From the NCBI GenBank assembly GCA_002633005.1, contig NMRA01000111.1:462866-526865 (forward strand): a DNA stretch of 64,000 nucleotides. Direction: 5' to 3'. A model generated the notes under the pieces. That model was not told the origin of the DNA. It was given only the letters and a program-made list of their open reading frames with translations, and searched no databases. Shown here one piece after another: positions 49,244-62,843 of this stretch. The position numbers were made by a program, and so were the translations under genes. Source of the stretch: Phoronis australis. Its lineage: Eukaryota > Animalia > Phoronida. Position 1 is the first letter of the stretch; the number at the start of each line of letters is the position of its first letter.

Positions 49244-49312
49244 CATGGGCGGCGCACCATAGGCGACAGTGGGATATAGCCTTCCACTTTTTTCAGTGCT
49301 GCGCAGTCCATG
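49244..49312. mobile_element. 69-bp mini-MITE, 16-bp TIR, 5-bp TSD TACTG
   Basis: CATGGGCGGCGCACCA vs CATGGACTGCGCAGCA; tactg on both sides; related sequence at 63280-63420. Confidence 0.85.
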
Positions 49313-50308
49313 TACTGGTGAAATTAAAATCGAAAATAGGGAAGTGCAGCGCTACTCATATTGCAGGTAAATCTTGAGCGCCTCTTCTAACAAGCTAACT
49401 GAAGTTCATTTTTCGCTTTAACTCTAACACCTATTTTTAGTTTTGACTTTTAAAAGACGAATCTTATATAAAAATCTTAATAGTGTTTAATGTTTCGGTG
49501 TTAATTTGAATCAACTCTCGCCGTGTATTAAATCGATCTAAGTTTTCAAAATGGCCCCAATTATACACAAATAATCTTTTTTCAAAAGCTGTATAAAAGC
49601 GATCTACGGCCAAATTTAACTTTTTATTAAACCACAATTGCACGGGACCTGGTTCCCCTGTACTCGAAATTGGTTTCGAAGCTTGACCACTCGCATGGCA
49701 TGCTTCAAATAAACATGCACCTATGTATATTACTCGAAAACTACCGTATAACTTCTTAATTTCGAGTGCTTACTCTGATTGTACCGTAGTTGTCCAGTGG
49801 ACCGACATCCTTCAAGTTCCAGGAATTCTCTAACCAACAGCATCAGGCTTACTGAGTCTTATGATTTTTTATGATACTTGGAAACTGACAGAGGGCATTG
49901 CAGACTCGCGTGCTGTGTGAATAAGTGCGCGCACTTTGCATTTTAGCACTAGCTTTTCTTTTTTGAATTGTGACCTCTTCGCAATGTCTTACTTTGATCT
50001 CCGTTTACTCATGCATTTTTAAACTAAGATGCCGAAATGCCAGCTTCCTTCGAGCTTACATTCTGTAGTTCAGAAGTCGCCAATCAAGAGAAGATTAAAA
50101 AGGTAAAATTAATGACCTACTGTAGCTTCATGTACACTAAACTCTATTAACAAAACCAGAAAACAGGGACAAAAATCGTATAAAGCACTAAAGATGTAAT
50201 ATAACAGGTTTGTTACGGTGGTATATTTTTCAAACTGGGTTAATAATACAGAACAAAAAGAATGCCAGTGTTTAGAATGCAAACTAAAATACGCGTATGC
50301 ATGCTTAC

Positions 50309-50350
50309 ATGCAGTCGTCACGGTAGTTGGTGTCGTCACGGTGGTTGTCT
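50309..50350 (-). CDS. Gene A Thr-rich linker exon (E)TTTVTTPTTVTTA
   Basis: cttcttttcag acceptor, T|GTAAGC donor, 42 nt phase 1-1. Confidence 0.8.
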
Positions 50351-52288
50351 CTGAAAAGAAGATGTTTCGAAAAAATAGTACAACTTAGGAGTTTTGGGCA
50401 CTAAGATCACTGGAGGCGACACTAAAACCTGTCATCTAGCACTGTTGCAAATTAAAGTATTAATACATGGACTTCAACGGCTCCCAACCTAGTTTTGATA
50501 TTTCACACTTTTCTAAATTTTCCTCTCGTGTGATGGCGCTGCGAAGGAAGCTTACCGCCTAATCCTGTAGGAGCACTTCGATTAAAACATGGAATTGCTA
50601 CATGAGTTAATCACGACAGTAAACAGGATTTTTCGAACATAAATGTAATGTTTTGGGTAATCTGACAATTTTCATCTTTTCACGTGTAGTCATAAGGCAA
50701 GCTTTCGCTCACTGCGAATACAGGCTATCTAAAAAGATGGCGTTGTAGCACACTTTGGAAGTTGTACACATCAAAAATAGATTTAAACACTTTTACGACC
50801 TGGAGTGCGCGTTCAGCGAGTATTTGCAACACTAAGCAAACCTTGTCGTTTTAGTGACTCAGAAAAAACCCGCATTCTGGCCAATGGGAAATGCTCACGG
50901 TTGCCAGTCATGTAAGTGTGTAATTTTAACAGTTACATTCAAATGAAATCAGAAACCCGGAATAGTTCCGGATATGTCGCCATGTTGTAAACACGTTTGG
51001 AATGGAATTTTCTGTAGAACAGCGATCAGACTGAGCAGACTTAGCGAAAGTCGTTAATACATTTAAGTCGCCATCAAGAATAAGTTAGATTAAGTCTTTG
51101 TTTGACGTTGCATTTGGGTTGTGTCTGCCACCTTTGGAGTTAACATTCTGGAAAAATTGATTATTTGGTCAGTACGTTATAACGAGTTAGCTAAGTCCTT
51201 TTAACAAGATAGTGAACAGTTTCAACGAGATAATCGCCACTTTTTCAGTTAAAGCTCCGCCGTTAATGCAACTACCCAAGGCGAATCACTGCCTTAAACG
51301 TTCTTGCCACACCTTTGCAGCCCTATCTCAGCTTGTAGGCATGATGAAACATTTACGAATATTACATATACACACACGCACGGACGCACGCACGTACACA
51401 CAAACACACATACACACACAAACATGTGATACAAATTATTTCATCTCCACACGTTAGCGCCGTTGAATGCTACTTTAGAGCGTTGGTTTCAACATAGAAG
51501 AAATAGGTGGAATGAGAGAAAACCAGTAGTTTACTGAGTTGAAGCAGTCACGTGGTTTAGCCAGATAATGTTCTATTTCACAACCTGGTTTGGAAAATGA
51601 AGATCTGACTATGCTGGAGTTTGTGACCCCTTTGTAGAGTTGATTTTTGGAGAGCTAATCGAGTGGAAAGGCTGTTTTCAGTAATCTAATTGCAACTTTT
51701 TAAATTCAGTGTGGACTCTCCAGAACTTAATTAGAGAGATAGGAACAACACACTGTCAATAGCAACATTCAACAAAGTACCGAAGGGAAGACCACCGCGC
51801 TGTGTTTTGGTTGATCGCTTGCGAAGAAATGATGCTGATAAGAGCTTCGAAAACTATTTAAGATTCAGACAGCAGTGGGCACTAGAGAGACACGTGTGAC
51901 AGCGGTGACTAAACTTCTGACATCGCAAAGTACATGATAGAGGCGATTGAAAAGTCAATCAATCTAATTTAAGCACATCTAAAATGAGCGCCGAAGTGTC
52001 CTGGCAGACCCTTAAAATGCCTGATAAGTTTTAAATCAGGGATCCAAAGACAACCGGTAACCAAATTGCATTCCGTTTACTGCTTAGCTCTGTGTAGGCA
52101 TTTAGGCAAGATAACCGTAGTTAAGGATTAAAAATTACAATCCGAGTGCGATTCATTTTTTGTATTCAATTAAGAACCAGTCTTAAAAACTAGGAATTTT
52201 GTAGAATGCGGATCATTTTTTCAATTAGTTAATACTACAAACGTCAAAATTTAATTTGAAAATCCGCTACATGTGCCCTTGCGCTTAC

Positions 52289-52402
52289 CGTGCGGATCGT
52301 AGCAGTAACCACAATATTTAGCGCACCTTTGTCGTGTCCAAGGCTCGTAAACACACCAACCTTTCCCGTAGGCCTTGCAGTTGCTTAGCTCATCCTTACA
52401 CA
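52289..52402 (-). CDS. Gene A ShK1 exon CKDELSNCKAYGKGWCVYEPWTRQRCAKYCGYCYDPH
   Basis: ccttgcag acceptor, G|GTAAGC donor, 114 nt phase 1-1, six Cys intact; upstream exons not found in the window. Confidence 0.9.
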
Positions 52403-55187
52403 CTGCAAGGTACAGGAATAACAGAAACACACGGATTACAATAAAGCACACAACCAGACGAGACTGCAAGAGCGGTGTCACAATGTAAATTCTATCAGAC
52501 AGTGAAAGATTGTCTAGCTTTTTTCCACATGACTCGTTCATCATGTTCAAAGACATCTAGCAAAAATCAACAAATGTCAAAGTGGAACGTGGCCTGAGAT
52601 TACAAATTTTGAAAAGGGTGACGCAAAATTTAATTCTTCAAGCACGAACTGAGGTGAGTGAGCAAGTGCGTGACGTAAAATCAAATGCTGTGATTAGTCA
52701 AATTTCTGAATGATTGTTTGCCAATTTGCTCATTTGACGACATGTGAAGACGTACTTATGACAGGGAATTAGGAGCATACGCTTACATGTAAAACAGATA
52801 GTAGGATAGCGAAAGAAGACTACATGTAATCTGTTACAATATAGAAGATGTTGGCCTGTGTCCCCTGTGACAGTAATTAGTAAATGAATAATACGAATCG
52901 ACATAAACACACAAAAAAAACACGATACACGTAAATATCCGCATTCATGAAATTTATGTGAAAACTTGAGTAAATTATTTTAAATGAAAAACGTGTTGTT
53001 GGATATAGTGCCACGGTTCTAAATACGGTCATAAACGGTAATGGGTTAAAAACAAGTCTTGTATTCCAGTGCTCTTTGAATAGACTTCAAACATTAAAAT
53101 ATCACATTTACACCGGTCAAACAATCTCGTTTAAAACAACAGGAAAGACAATAAACTACCTACAGAAAAGCGCTTTGCCTTAGCACAGACTAAACGTTGT
53201 TGTAAGACAATTTATCATTGATGTATGTTATATCACTCACGTCTTGATACGTACGTCCAATAACCGTGTCACGTGTCCGTCCAATAATATAGAACATCAG
53301 TGACGGGATGATTGCACGGGATTTAGCGAGTTTTGAGTAGTCGGTGTATTTAGTCAAATGTGTACGAAACCATAGAGTTTAACTGGTTAAAACTATATAA
53401 TTTCTGAAGGTAGGAAGTATATATACTATTTGATTCTTGACTTTATGCCAATGTGCTGTTCTTTGGATCAGGTGGCCGTGTCTTAGTAAAATTTAGCAAA
53501 AGCGAACGATACATCCAAACCAAAATAACGTTCATGACGAAATTTCAAAAACGGTTTAACAGTTTTCTAAAATTAGCATTTAGTGGTCGTCTAGCAGAAG
53601 GTAAGAGTTTTTAGGAACTCATGCAATTCCAACTTTGGTAGCCTCTTAACAAAAAAAGCAAAATTCAGTTCACTTTTAATCTGGTATAGAAGACGAAACA
53701 ATAGATTTCAGGGATTGCTTGTACCAGAAAGAGATAACCAGGAAGGGACAACTAGTTAAATCGCCGTTTTTGGTCTCCTTCCCCGAACTAATTTCAGGAG
53801 TTAAATTTCATTTAAAAGAAAACAGATGATTTAATCAGAGAGAGTAAAGCTTTTTCTATAGAAGGATATCAAAAAACTCACTTTGCAACCTTAAACAGTG
53901 GTGTAATTGTACTTTGAAAATATCGACTTCAGCGCACGCAATCGCAATTTCCCACACGCAGTCACGGGTATTTAGGCTTTTCCGTCGATGTATAGATGGC
54001 GCAGTAGTCAAGTGCTCCCTCACTAGCATATCAAATTTGCATACTGTAAATGGGAGTTTTCGAGATTCTCGTCAGTTGTTACATCGAAATCAGCGTCCTT
54101 CCGTGAGTTTGTGACAAAAGAATTTCATTGTGACAGATTTTATCCAGCAAGGAAACTTCCGTGGGACACGTTTGTTTCGGCTACGTTTAGTGAAGTAATA
54201 TTTGAGGAGTTGTCCGGCTTCTTCCATGAACTAAAGCGGAATATTGCTGATCGAATCGCCAGGAAATGGGTGGCGAAGAGCAAGGCCGACGTAGTGTTTC
54301 GCGCACTGAGTGAGGTCATGCTCTGCGTGAATGTTCAGAGAAAATTTATTCGGCCATATCATATGGTGCTACCACAATTGGACTTGAGGAGTTAACATGA
54401 CACTGACTTGCAACGCAGTGCAATGTGCAATGCTACTTTTTGTGTATGCACCGCGAGTCCTCTGGCTTCGTCCACGTGTCCTCTGCTAGCAGCCACTACC
54501 AGCACTGCAAGCACCAGTATCGCAAGTAGACGGAATCTTTTTCCCGGCCCCAGTTTAATAAGTCGTACCTCTGGACTCCTACCCCAGCCTCACATGATAG
54601 TTTTTTACACGTACAGGTAGGTGGTTGTACTAGAGAGATGTTCCGTACATACAAGAAGAACAGGGATGATGCATCATACAATCAGAGAAGAAAAATTCTG
54701 GCTGCTGTGACCATTTCTGCAGATGTCAAAAAGAAGTGAGTTTTATTTTGATTTCCTGGGAATAAAGTGATAAGATTGGGAGTTATAAAAGTATTCATGT
54801 CCTTGTTTTGTATCAATGGTCACATGACTGCGTCTTATTCTCATCAATTCATTTTTTGGTCAAAACTGAATTGTTGCAAACTTTCCTCAGTTCACTCTAA
54901 TGACCCTCAATGCAAAGCAGGTGACTTTCTCAGTGATTGAAAGCAAAACAATATCCATGATTAGTTTCCAATAAAACAGTATGCGAATCATAGGTTGATT
55001 TCAGGACAAGCTGAACATAGACTACTTTGAAGATGCCACGTCTCATTAAAACCATGAAGATTTGAATTTTAGCAACCCCTACCTAATGACTTCATGGAGA
55101 AATGTGTGTGCAGAAAAAGAAACAATTGTTAAGTAATTTAAAATAGTAAAACTAAAACGACAAGCGTCAGTACTAAAATATATTTAA

Positions 55188-55229
55188 ATATCCTATATTT
55201 CGAGCATTGCGCTCTTTGTCAAGGGTGTG
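55188..55229 (-). ncRNA. Minimal hammerhead-like motif with U3-A8 core variant
   Basis: accc UUGACAA a GAGC-gcaau-GCUC GAAA UAUA ggau; perfect 4-bp stem II, palindromic AUAU helix III. Confidence 0.5.
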
Positions 55230-55750
55230 CTACAGACTGCTGAGTACTTGTAGATGGATTTAAAATAAAATGGCACAGGAGACCACATAGCGACATACAA
55301 TAGACAAATTGCTGTTTTAAAGAAAACATTGCAACTGAAAGTTTAAAAACAAATGTGAACATACAAAAACCCCAATAATTTCAAATATAACGCAGTTGTT
55401 ATTTGATAGTGAAATATTCAAATATTAATAACTGTTCCTTGTTTCATTTGGGCAAGAATGAAATTTGCCTAAAAATAGTCTCTCAAAACGAGACTTTTGT
55501 GATATTGTAATTGTAACTCGTTCTGGGATGGTTTCCGGTACATTGATATTGAAAGATCCAGGGTAGTTTGTAAATTAACACTTCATTTGCATATTCACAA
55601 TGTATCTTTAAAGTATGTAGTTCGACGAGTTGGAACCAAAATGCAACTTGACACGCAAATTTTCTTTGAATTGCATATTTAAGTACTAAGTACTAAAATA
55701 GACAAAGGATATGTACACAACACACATTTAAGTGCATTACTTGACTTTAA

Positions 55751-57417
55751 AGTCCTTCTCTCACGCGTTGTTAACCCTTATTACATGGTTAGAAGATGTT
55801 ATAAGGATTCAAGAAGTACCTACCCCATAACTAATACACGATCCGTACTCGAAAACAGTTTAAATGAACGCGCCACTCACGATTCGCACCCGAAGAAACA
55901 CCGCCATTTTGAACTTGCCGCGAACCCGGAAGTACAATTCATTCAGGAACCCAGGCCGAGAAAACGCCGTCAGTGCGACTGGAGCAGTGCCTGTACTGTT
56001 ACCAGCCAGCAAACGGGGATAAAAAAATCGACAGCGCGCCTTAATTTTGATAAAATCAAACTACGGACAATTTTATGGAATTTGCTGAAGAAATGTGGCG
56101 AATAAATTTTGACAGAAATTATTTTGCCAGACTCGGGACCGCAGCCTATCGGACCCGGTGTGGATCGAGACCAGACACTGGCGAACGGTAAATGCATGCG
56201 GTTGCAAGCTGTTTTGTCGAAGTAAAATGGTCAAATGATAAATGCTGCATATATTCAAGGGTAGTTTCAGACACTTGCATGAAATTACGGGCTGGTTAGT
56301 CCTGTGTCACACTGCCGCGGCAGACCTTAGTTAGCCTCAGTCACCAGCTACCAGTGAAGACTATAGTCAAAATACAGCTTGTTAGTAGGCCTATACAGCT
56401 TTGCGCCAAGACTACCCTTAGGCCTAACTGGTCGCTGGCCACAAACACAAAAAACACGAAAATTGAACAAAGTTTCTTTTTTGTAGCAACGTTTGTCAAA
56501 ATGTATCAACGTTAAATCTTCACAAATTACAAAGTAGCCGATTGAACATGCCTTTCAGTTCAGCAAAAGTCGACATTGTAGGTGCCGCCAGAAATGAGAC
56601 GAAGTCCAACGGGAATTGTGAGCACATTTATCACTTAATGAGTAACAACTGCGAGGCTGAAATTTGGTGAACACTGCTAAATCGTGCAGAATAGTAAGTA
56701 AAGATATGTCTAACTAAATTTCACCGTAATTTGTTGGCGAAAACAATTTACACAAAGTTTTAAACTCGTAACTCATCCCGCTGTCCTCCAATATGGCCGA
56801 CGCGATCCAAACAAAGTGACCCAAATTTCGCCACAAAACTTGCAATAACTTTACAGTGCTTGCCCCGATTTTGATACTTTTTCGATTTTTACTGAGTAGA
56901 ATGTACTACCTTTCCGATGATAGCAAAGTACTTTTTCAAAACGAGGAAAAAAATAAAACCGAAAAAAAATTGGTTCGACCCATATTGGTTCCTAGGTTCG
57001 ACCGGCCTACGTAAGGAACTAAACACCAATGCTATTTTAACATACTAAGTACGCGTAACATTCCAAAAAAATCAACGACCACTAACTACAAACTATAAAT
57101 ACACTACATATGCAAACGAATCACATTATATTACTAATAAAACAAAATAATGAAGACTTTTCGAGCAAGCCATAGCACATTCAGTTACAAGGAAAAAATG
57201 GCGGCGTTCAGGACAAGTTCCTGAACTGATGAGCCGGAAATGTGGGTACGGAAATAACTGATAATCATACGCTCAGAGTGAAGGGTCAAATACTGTTAAA
57301 AAATCGCTTTTGGCAAGAAAGGCGAAAAGAATATAAAGAAAGGGTGTCGAAAATAAGAATTTATGTAATAAGTATTTTCTGATACTGGAACCACATGGGC
57401 ATTTTGCAAGAAGGACT
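55751..57417 (+). mobile_element. Kolobok-like non-autonomous DNA transposon copy 1 (1667 bp)
   Basis: TTAA|AGTCCTTCT ... AGAAGGACT|TTAA; near-identical to 58701-60380. Confidence 0.85.
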
Positions 57418-58302
57418 TTAAGTGAAGCATGCTTGCACATGAGTATGTCTTCAGGATGAAAGGACCTTAAAGAAGGTTTTAATTGAAGAAGTACAATGTT
57501 CTCAATGGATGAACTTTCAGATTTAGTTGTACAGTACTAGTTCAGTGTTGTTCTTGTGATTTCCTAACTTCTATAATGTTCACTAGTCCTGCTTGTGAGT
57601 ACTAATCGTGTTGCCGATATATCATCACTAAACATTCTAATTGTGTGCCTCTAGATACCCTCTCTCACTTCAAATTTTGCCATGTTTCGCTTTGCAGATT
57701 AGACAATCCAAGGTAAAAGATGATATAGAGTTGGTGACAATGGGTGTGGCAACTACAAAGTCAAGTCCGACATTTTTGATGTACATGTGATTGGCGACTT
57801 TGTAAGAACAATTCTTGTCGTAAATCTACCAATGCACATATTGGTGGTTTCCTCAGAGGAGAGGCAGGAAGAATCTTTGAAGGCAGAAGTATGCGAGCAA
57901 AAGGCGACGGGAGTTTGCGTGATAAACTTTATCGTCAGGTAGCAGTTTATAAAACGTGAATTAAATTGATGTGTATCATTTGCTCAAACTGTCCAAATAA
58001 TTTTCTGTGATCTGTTTCTAAATTTGTGTAGCAACTGTCCTTGTAGTGTTGTACAGCACAATAGAATACACAAGCACTTAAAGAGTTATCGTTGTGGCAT
58101 TTTCCAGATCTATGAACGTCACAACCATTATGATATCACATTAACTTAGCTAATGTTAAACAACAAAATCAGTCAACATAATGCAAAGTACACAGTATAT
58201 TTGAACACAGAGAGGTGCTATTCGAACCAAAAATGGCACTAGTAAAATACTTGTAGCAGTCTTATCATATTCAGAGCAGTGGTAGGCATGTTACTACTGT
58301 GA

Positions 58303-58605
58303 CTATATCATGTGAATTAGTACATTCTTGTGTCCCTCAGTCCTTTTTTGCTTTTTCCTGAGTAGAATCCCATGGGTTGCAAGAATACCTCTGACCTCTC
58401 CCTGCAGTTTCTTTGTCAGTACGGCATGTGGAAAATTTACTGATGTCAGCTTTCTACTTGATATGTACTTGTATTGGCTATAAAAAGTTTCAACAGCACT
58501 ACCCTTCAACTGCAGTGGAGAAATGTAGTACCCTGGATGTCTGGTGTGAAAATCCTGACACAAGGCTTTGAACGAGAATACACAAATTTGTAGAAGATTG
58601 GAGGT
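58303..58605 (-). pseudogene. P-element-like DDE transposase C-terminal exon remnant
   Basis: ttcctttcag then TSNLLQICVFSFKALCQDFHTRHPGYYISPLQLKGSAVETFYSQYKY; resembles the catalytic-Glu region of P-type transposases (family call from memory). Confidence 0.55.
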
Positions 58606-58700
58606 CTGAAAGGAAACAATGAAAACACACTTAAGTTTGCTGTTGCAACTTCCAGCAGCGTCCTCAAATTGGACTTAACACAGGCTGAAGTGTGTATTAA

Positions 58701-60380
58701 AGTCCTTCTCTCACGCGTTGTTAACCATTATTACATGGTTAGAAGATGATATATGGATTCAAGAAGTACCTACCCCATGACTAATACACGATCCGTACTC
58801 GAAAACAGTTTAAATGAGCGCGCCACTCACGATTCGCACCCGAAGAAACACCGCCATTTTGAACTTGCCGCGAACCCGGAAGTACAATTCATTCAGGAAC
58901 CCAGGCCGAGAAAACGCCGTCAGTGCGAGTGGAGCAGTGCCTGTACTGTTACCAGCCAGCAAACGGGGATAAAAAAATCGACAGCGCGCCTTAATTTTGA
59001 TAAAATCAAACTAAGGACAATTTTATCGAATTTGCTGAAGAAATGTGGCGAATAAATTTTGACAGATATTATTTTGCTAGACTCGGGACCGCAGCCTATC
59101 GGACCCGGTGCGGATCGAGACCAAACACTGGCGAACGGTAAATGCATGCGGTTGCAAGCTGTTTTGTCGAAGTAAAATGGTCAAATGATAAATGCTGCAT
59201 ATATTCAAGGGTAGTTTCAGACACTTGCATGAAATTACGGGCTGGTTAGTCCTGTGTCACACTGCCGCGGCAGACCTTAGTTAGCCTCAGTCACCCCGAG
59301 CTACCAGTGAAGACTGTAGTCAAACTACAGCTTGTTAGTAGGCCTATACAGCTTTGCGCCAAGACTACCCTTAGGCCTAACAGGTCGCTGGCCACAAACA
59401 CAAAAAACACGAAAATTGTACAAAGTTTCTTTTTCGTAGCAACGTTTGTCAAAATGTATCAACGTTAAATCTTCACAAATTACAAAGTAGCCAATTGAAC
59501 ATGCCTTTCAATTCAGCAAAAGTCGACATTGTAGGTGCCGCCAGAAATGAGACGAAGTCCAACGGGAATTGTAAGCACATATATCACTTAATGAGTAACA
59601 ACTGCGAAGCTGAAATTTGGTGAACACTGCTTAATCGTGCAGAATAGTAAGTAAAGATATGTCTAACTAAATTTCACCGTAATTTGTTGGCGAAAACAAT
59701 TTACACAAAGTTTTAAACTCGTAACTCATCCCTCTGTCCTCCAATATGGCCGACGCGATCCAAACAAAGTGACCCAAATTTCGCCACAAAACTTGCAATT
59801 ACTTTACAGTGCTTACCCCGATTTTGATACTTTTTCGATTTTTACTGAGTAGAATGTACTACCTTTCCGATGACAGCAAAGTACTTTTTCAAAACGAGGA
59901 AAAAAATAAAACCGAAAAAAATTGGTTCGACCCATATTGGTTCCTAGGTTCGACCCGCCTACGTAAGGAACTAAACACCAGTGCTATTTTAACATACTAA
60001 GTACGCGTAACATTCCAAAAAAATCAACGACCACTAACTACAAACTATAAATACACTACATATGCAAACGAATCAAGATATATAACTAATAAAACAAAAT
60101 AATGAAGACTTTTCGAGCAAGCCATAGCACATTCAGTTACAAGGAAAAAATGGCGGCGTTCAGGACAAGTTCCTGAACTGATGAGCCGGAAATGTGGGTA
60201 CGGAAATAACCGATGACAACCGGTAATCATACGCTCAGAGAGAAGGGTCAAATACTGTTAAAAACATCGCTTTTGGCAAGAAAGGCGAAAAGAATATAAA
60301 GAAAGGGTGTCGAAAATATGAATTTATGTAGTAAGTATTTTCGGATACTGGAACCACATGGGCTGTTTGCAAGAAGGACT
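58701..60380 (+). mobile_element. Kolobok-like non-autonomous DNA transposon copy 2 (1680 bp)
   Basis: Same TIRs and TTAA flanks; scattered substitutions and small indels vs copy 1. Confidence 0.85.
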
Positions 60381-62843
60381 TTAAGTTCCCGATGCTTTAC
60401 ATATGTAGCAGTAACTGTAGCTATCACCCGGAATTCAAAAAAGGCAAGGTTGCCTGTATGCAATTTAAGGTAAAACAGTAGCTTGTACATTAGCAATTTT
60501 CACTGGTTTGTGTTTTCTGAGGTCATGTATATCTGAATTTGTGAGTAATTCCTTATATCTGTGATTGCTAAGCCAAATTACTGAGAAACGTGCATATGAA
60601 GTTGGTTGAAAATTGTCTTCTGTTTTTAAGAACAAGTTTTGTTGCGAAAATGATCCTCCATATTCAGTAAGTATCGTGACGTGCTATTTGAGCCCTCGAG
60701 GTATGTCATTAGTGCAAAAGGTCACCTATTTGCAGAATTTTTTGTTTTCACATTTACAAGGTGTCAGTGAATACAGCTGCATTTTGTTGATATTCAGAAG
60801 GCATTGTTGTTTAGTTCCTGTAATACATTAGCGCAATTAGGAGCATGCAATTACATATTTAAGAGGTTTAAGAAAACTTTGTGACCAGGATACTCGTCAG
60901 ACGAAATGAGCACTGGTGTGCCTCCATGAACCCTTTTCAATAAGCCACCCATGTAAAGTTTTGAAGTATACCCTGACTGGAATAAAGTGACTCGTTTCAA
61001 AACCTGACTCAAAGGGGTGCTTAAATTCAATACCAGGGAGGCTTACAGAATGAATACCCAAAATAATACCCACTGAAGAAACAGTCATTTATTTCTTATT
61101 CAAAGCAAAGGTATCTAAATAGTAATCGAATTTTGAAAAATAAACCTATCAATGCAAAATTTAGAGAAAACCATATCCTATCAATTCAGCCCCAAACTCG
61201 ACAAAAACCATTCCCAATTCGATGCCAAAATTGGTGAAAACCACCCTTTTAATCGGCACGTCAACCACCCACACCATGGAATTTCATTCAGATACTGAAT
61301 GGCCCTTGTTCTAAACACCAAATTTTGTAAGAGGCCTTTGGTTCTCAAATCATATTGTACTTTAATAACAAAATAGATACCAGTATAGACCTATTTCAAA
61401 AAGCCACACATTATTTGATATGATTACATGTATGTGTATTGTATTTGCATTTCTGTTTTGGGTTACAAAATGAGTCCTTGTTTTAAAGTGGTCCGGTATG
61501 ACTTGAAAAGATATTTCAGAGTCGAGCGCTGGTGGAAAAACCGGTGACCTCCCGCTGAGAGCACGCGCTGATTTTAAACGATACCACAGCGAACACGCGC
61601 TGATTTTAAAAGATACCACTGCGAACAATCATCGCTTCGCAATCAGGAGGTGAAAACACTCCTATGACCGCAGTTCTAAATTCCAGCTACGCAAGCCCTA
61701 TTTCGAGGGGCGAACTTTGAATTGTTTTCATCCCCTGACAGTGGGTTGTAGAGAAGTTTAGAACTAGGTAAACATGGAACTTTCTGAGGCTAGCTATATG
61801 TGTTGACAAAAGTTTGAAGTGTCAGAAGCATTGACTGAGCGCGCGAGAGCTCTATGATTCCTGTTCTAATTCAGTTGACGAAAAAAATGCTATCGGCATG
61901 AACGACCGTGGGAAATTCATTTTGAGGTGGAAACCTGTATCCAAGAATAAATATTAATATGGACAGCACACAAACGCAATAGTTTGAAAGCTTCTAATTG
62001 TGTCTATACCATGCATTTTTCATTAATTTATTACTCACTGTTTCGCTCCTGGTCTTCAAAGAAAGCAATCTTTAAAGCTTCCTTTCTCTCCGTGTAGGCC
62101 TACTCCTCGATATCCTTCCCGTCGCACTCATCTATGACTTCAGTCAGATTCTCAACGGAAAATTTAACGTCTTTAATAAACGATAGCTCAACACTGGGTT
62201 TTCTCAAGCTCATCTGTCAAATCATCGCTAGTTGTACTCTGTAATATCTCACCCTCCGCGTTTCGTTTCTTTGGGAGGTTGCGGTGTCGTGAAACAACAC
62301 CGTCGGGTGAGAGATGTTGCACCGGATAATTGGAATTAGTTGCAGTAATTTCCTTTAGAGTGCCCCGACTGCCGTTTTCTTGGCAAGTCACCTTGCCTTC
62401 CTAAACTTTTCCGGGCATTTAAGACATCGGACTTCTGCGGTAATCAACCTTTTATCTGCTATATAAATGTTACGCCTAATTTTCTACCATTTTAGCACAC
62501 TTTGTGGCTCTCGAGCATATCACGGGCCTGCTGTAAGTCTAACGTTAGCTATTTCGGCAAAAATCGCACACAGCTACAGTTAGCACTGTCATAATCATAT
62601 TTCTTAATTCCGCCACAGTATTGCATACTTGGAAGTTAGTTTTGCTTGGTGTTCTCCCAAATTAATCCAAAATAGTTGTTCATTATTAAATGCCCCATTT
62701 CCTCCCCAAGGACAGTTCCGCCAACACAAAACGTTTCCTTGCCATTCTTCAAAATTCGTGTACATGCGCTTGCTTCAAAGGACCAGTAGCCGTGGCTGGA
62801 ATGTCGGGAGCTTCACGACTAAGACTACAGCTAACTCCTGTTG

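Noticed and set aside
52289-52402. Lys-Tyr pair suggesting a K+ channel-blocking dyad
   Set aside because: It lies between Cys4 and Cys5, whereas the ShK toxin dyad lies between Cys3 and Cys4
57225-57260. CTGATGA...GAAA hammerhead-like string
   Set aside because: No stem II closing pair or stem I
55785-59147. Repeated 75-106-aa ORFs (also 22240-22479)
   Set aside because: They recur because they lie in transposon ends; starts and C-termini differ between copies
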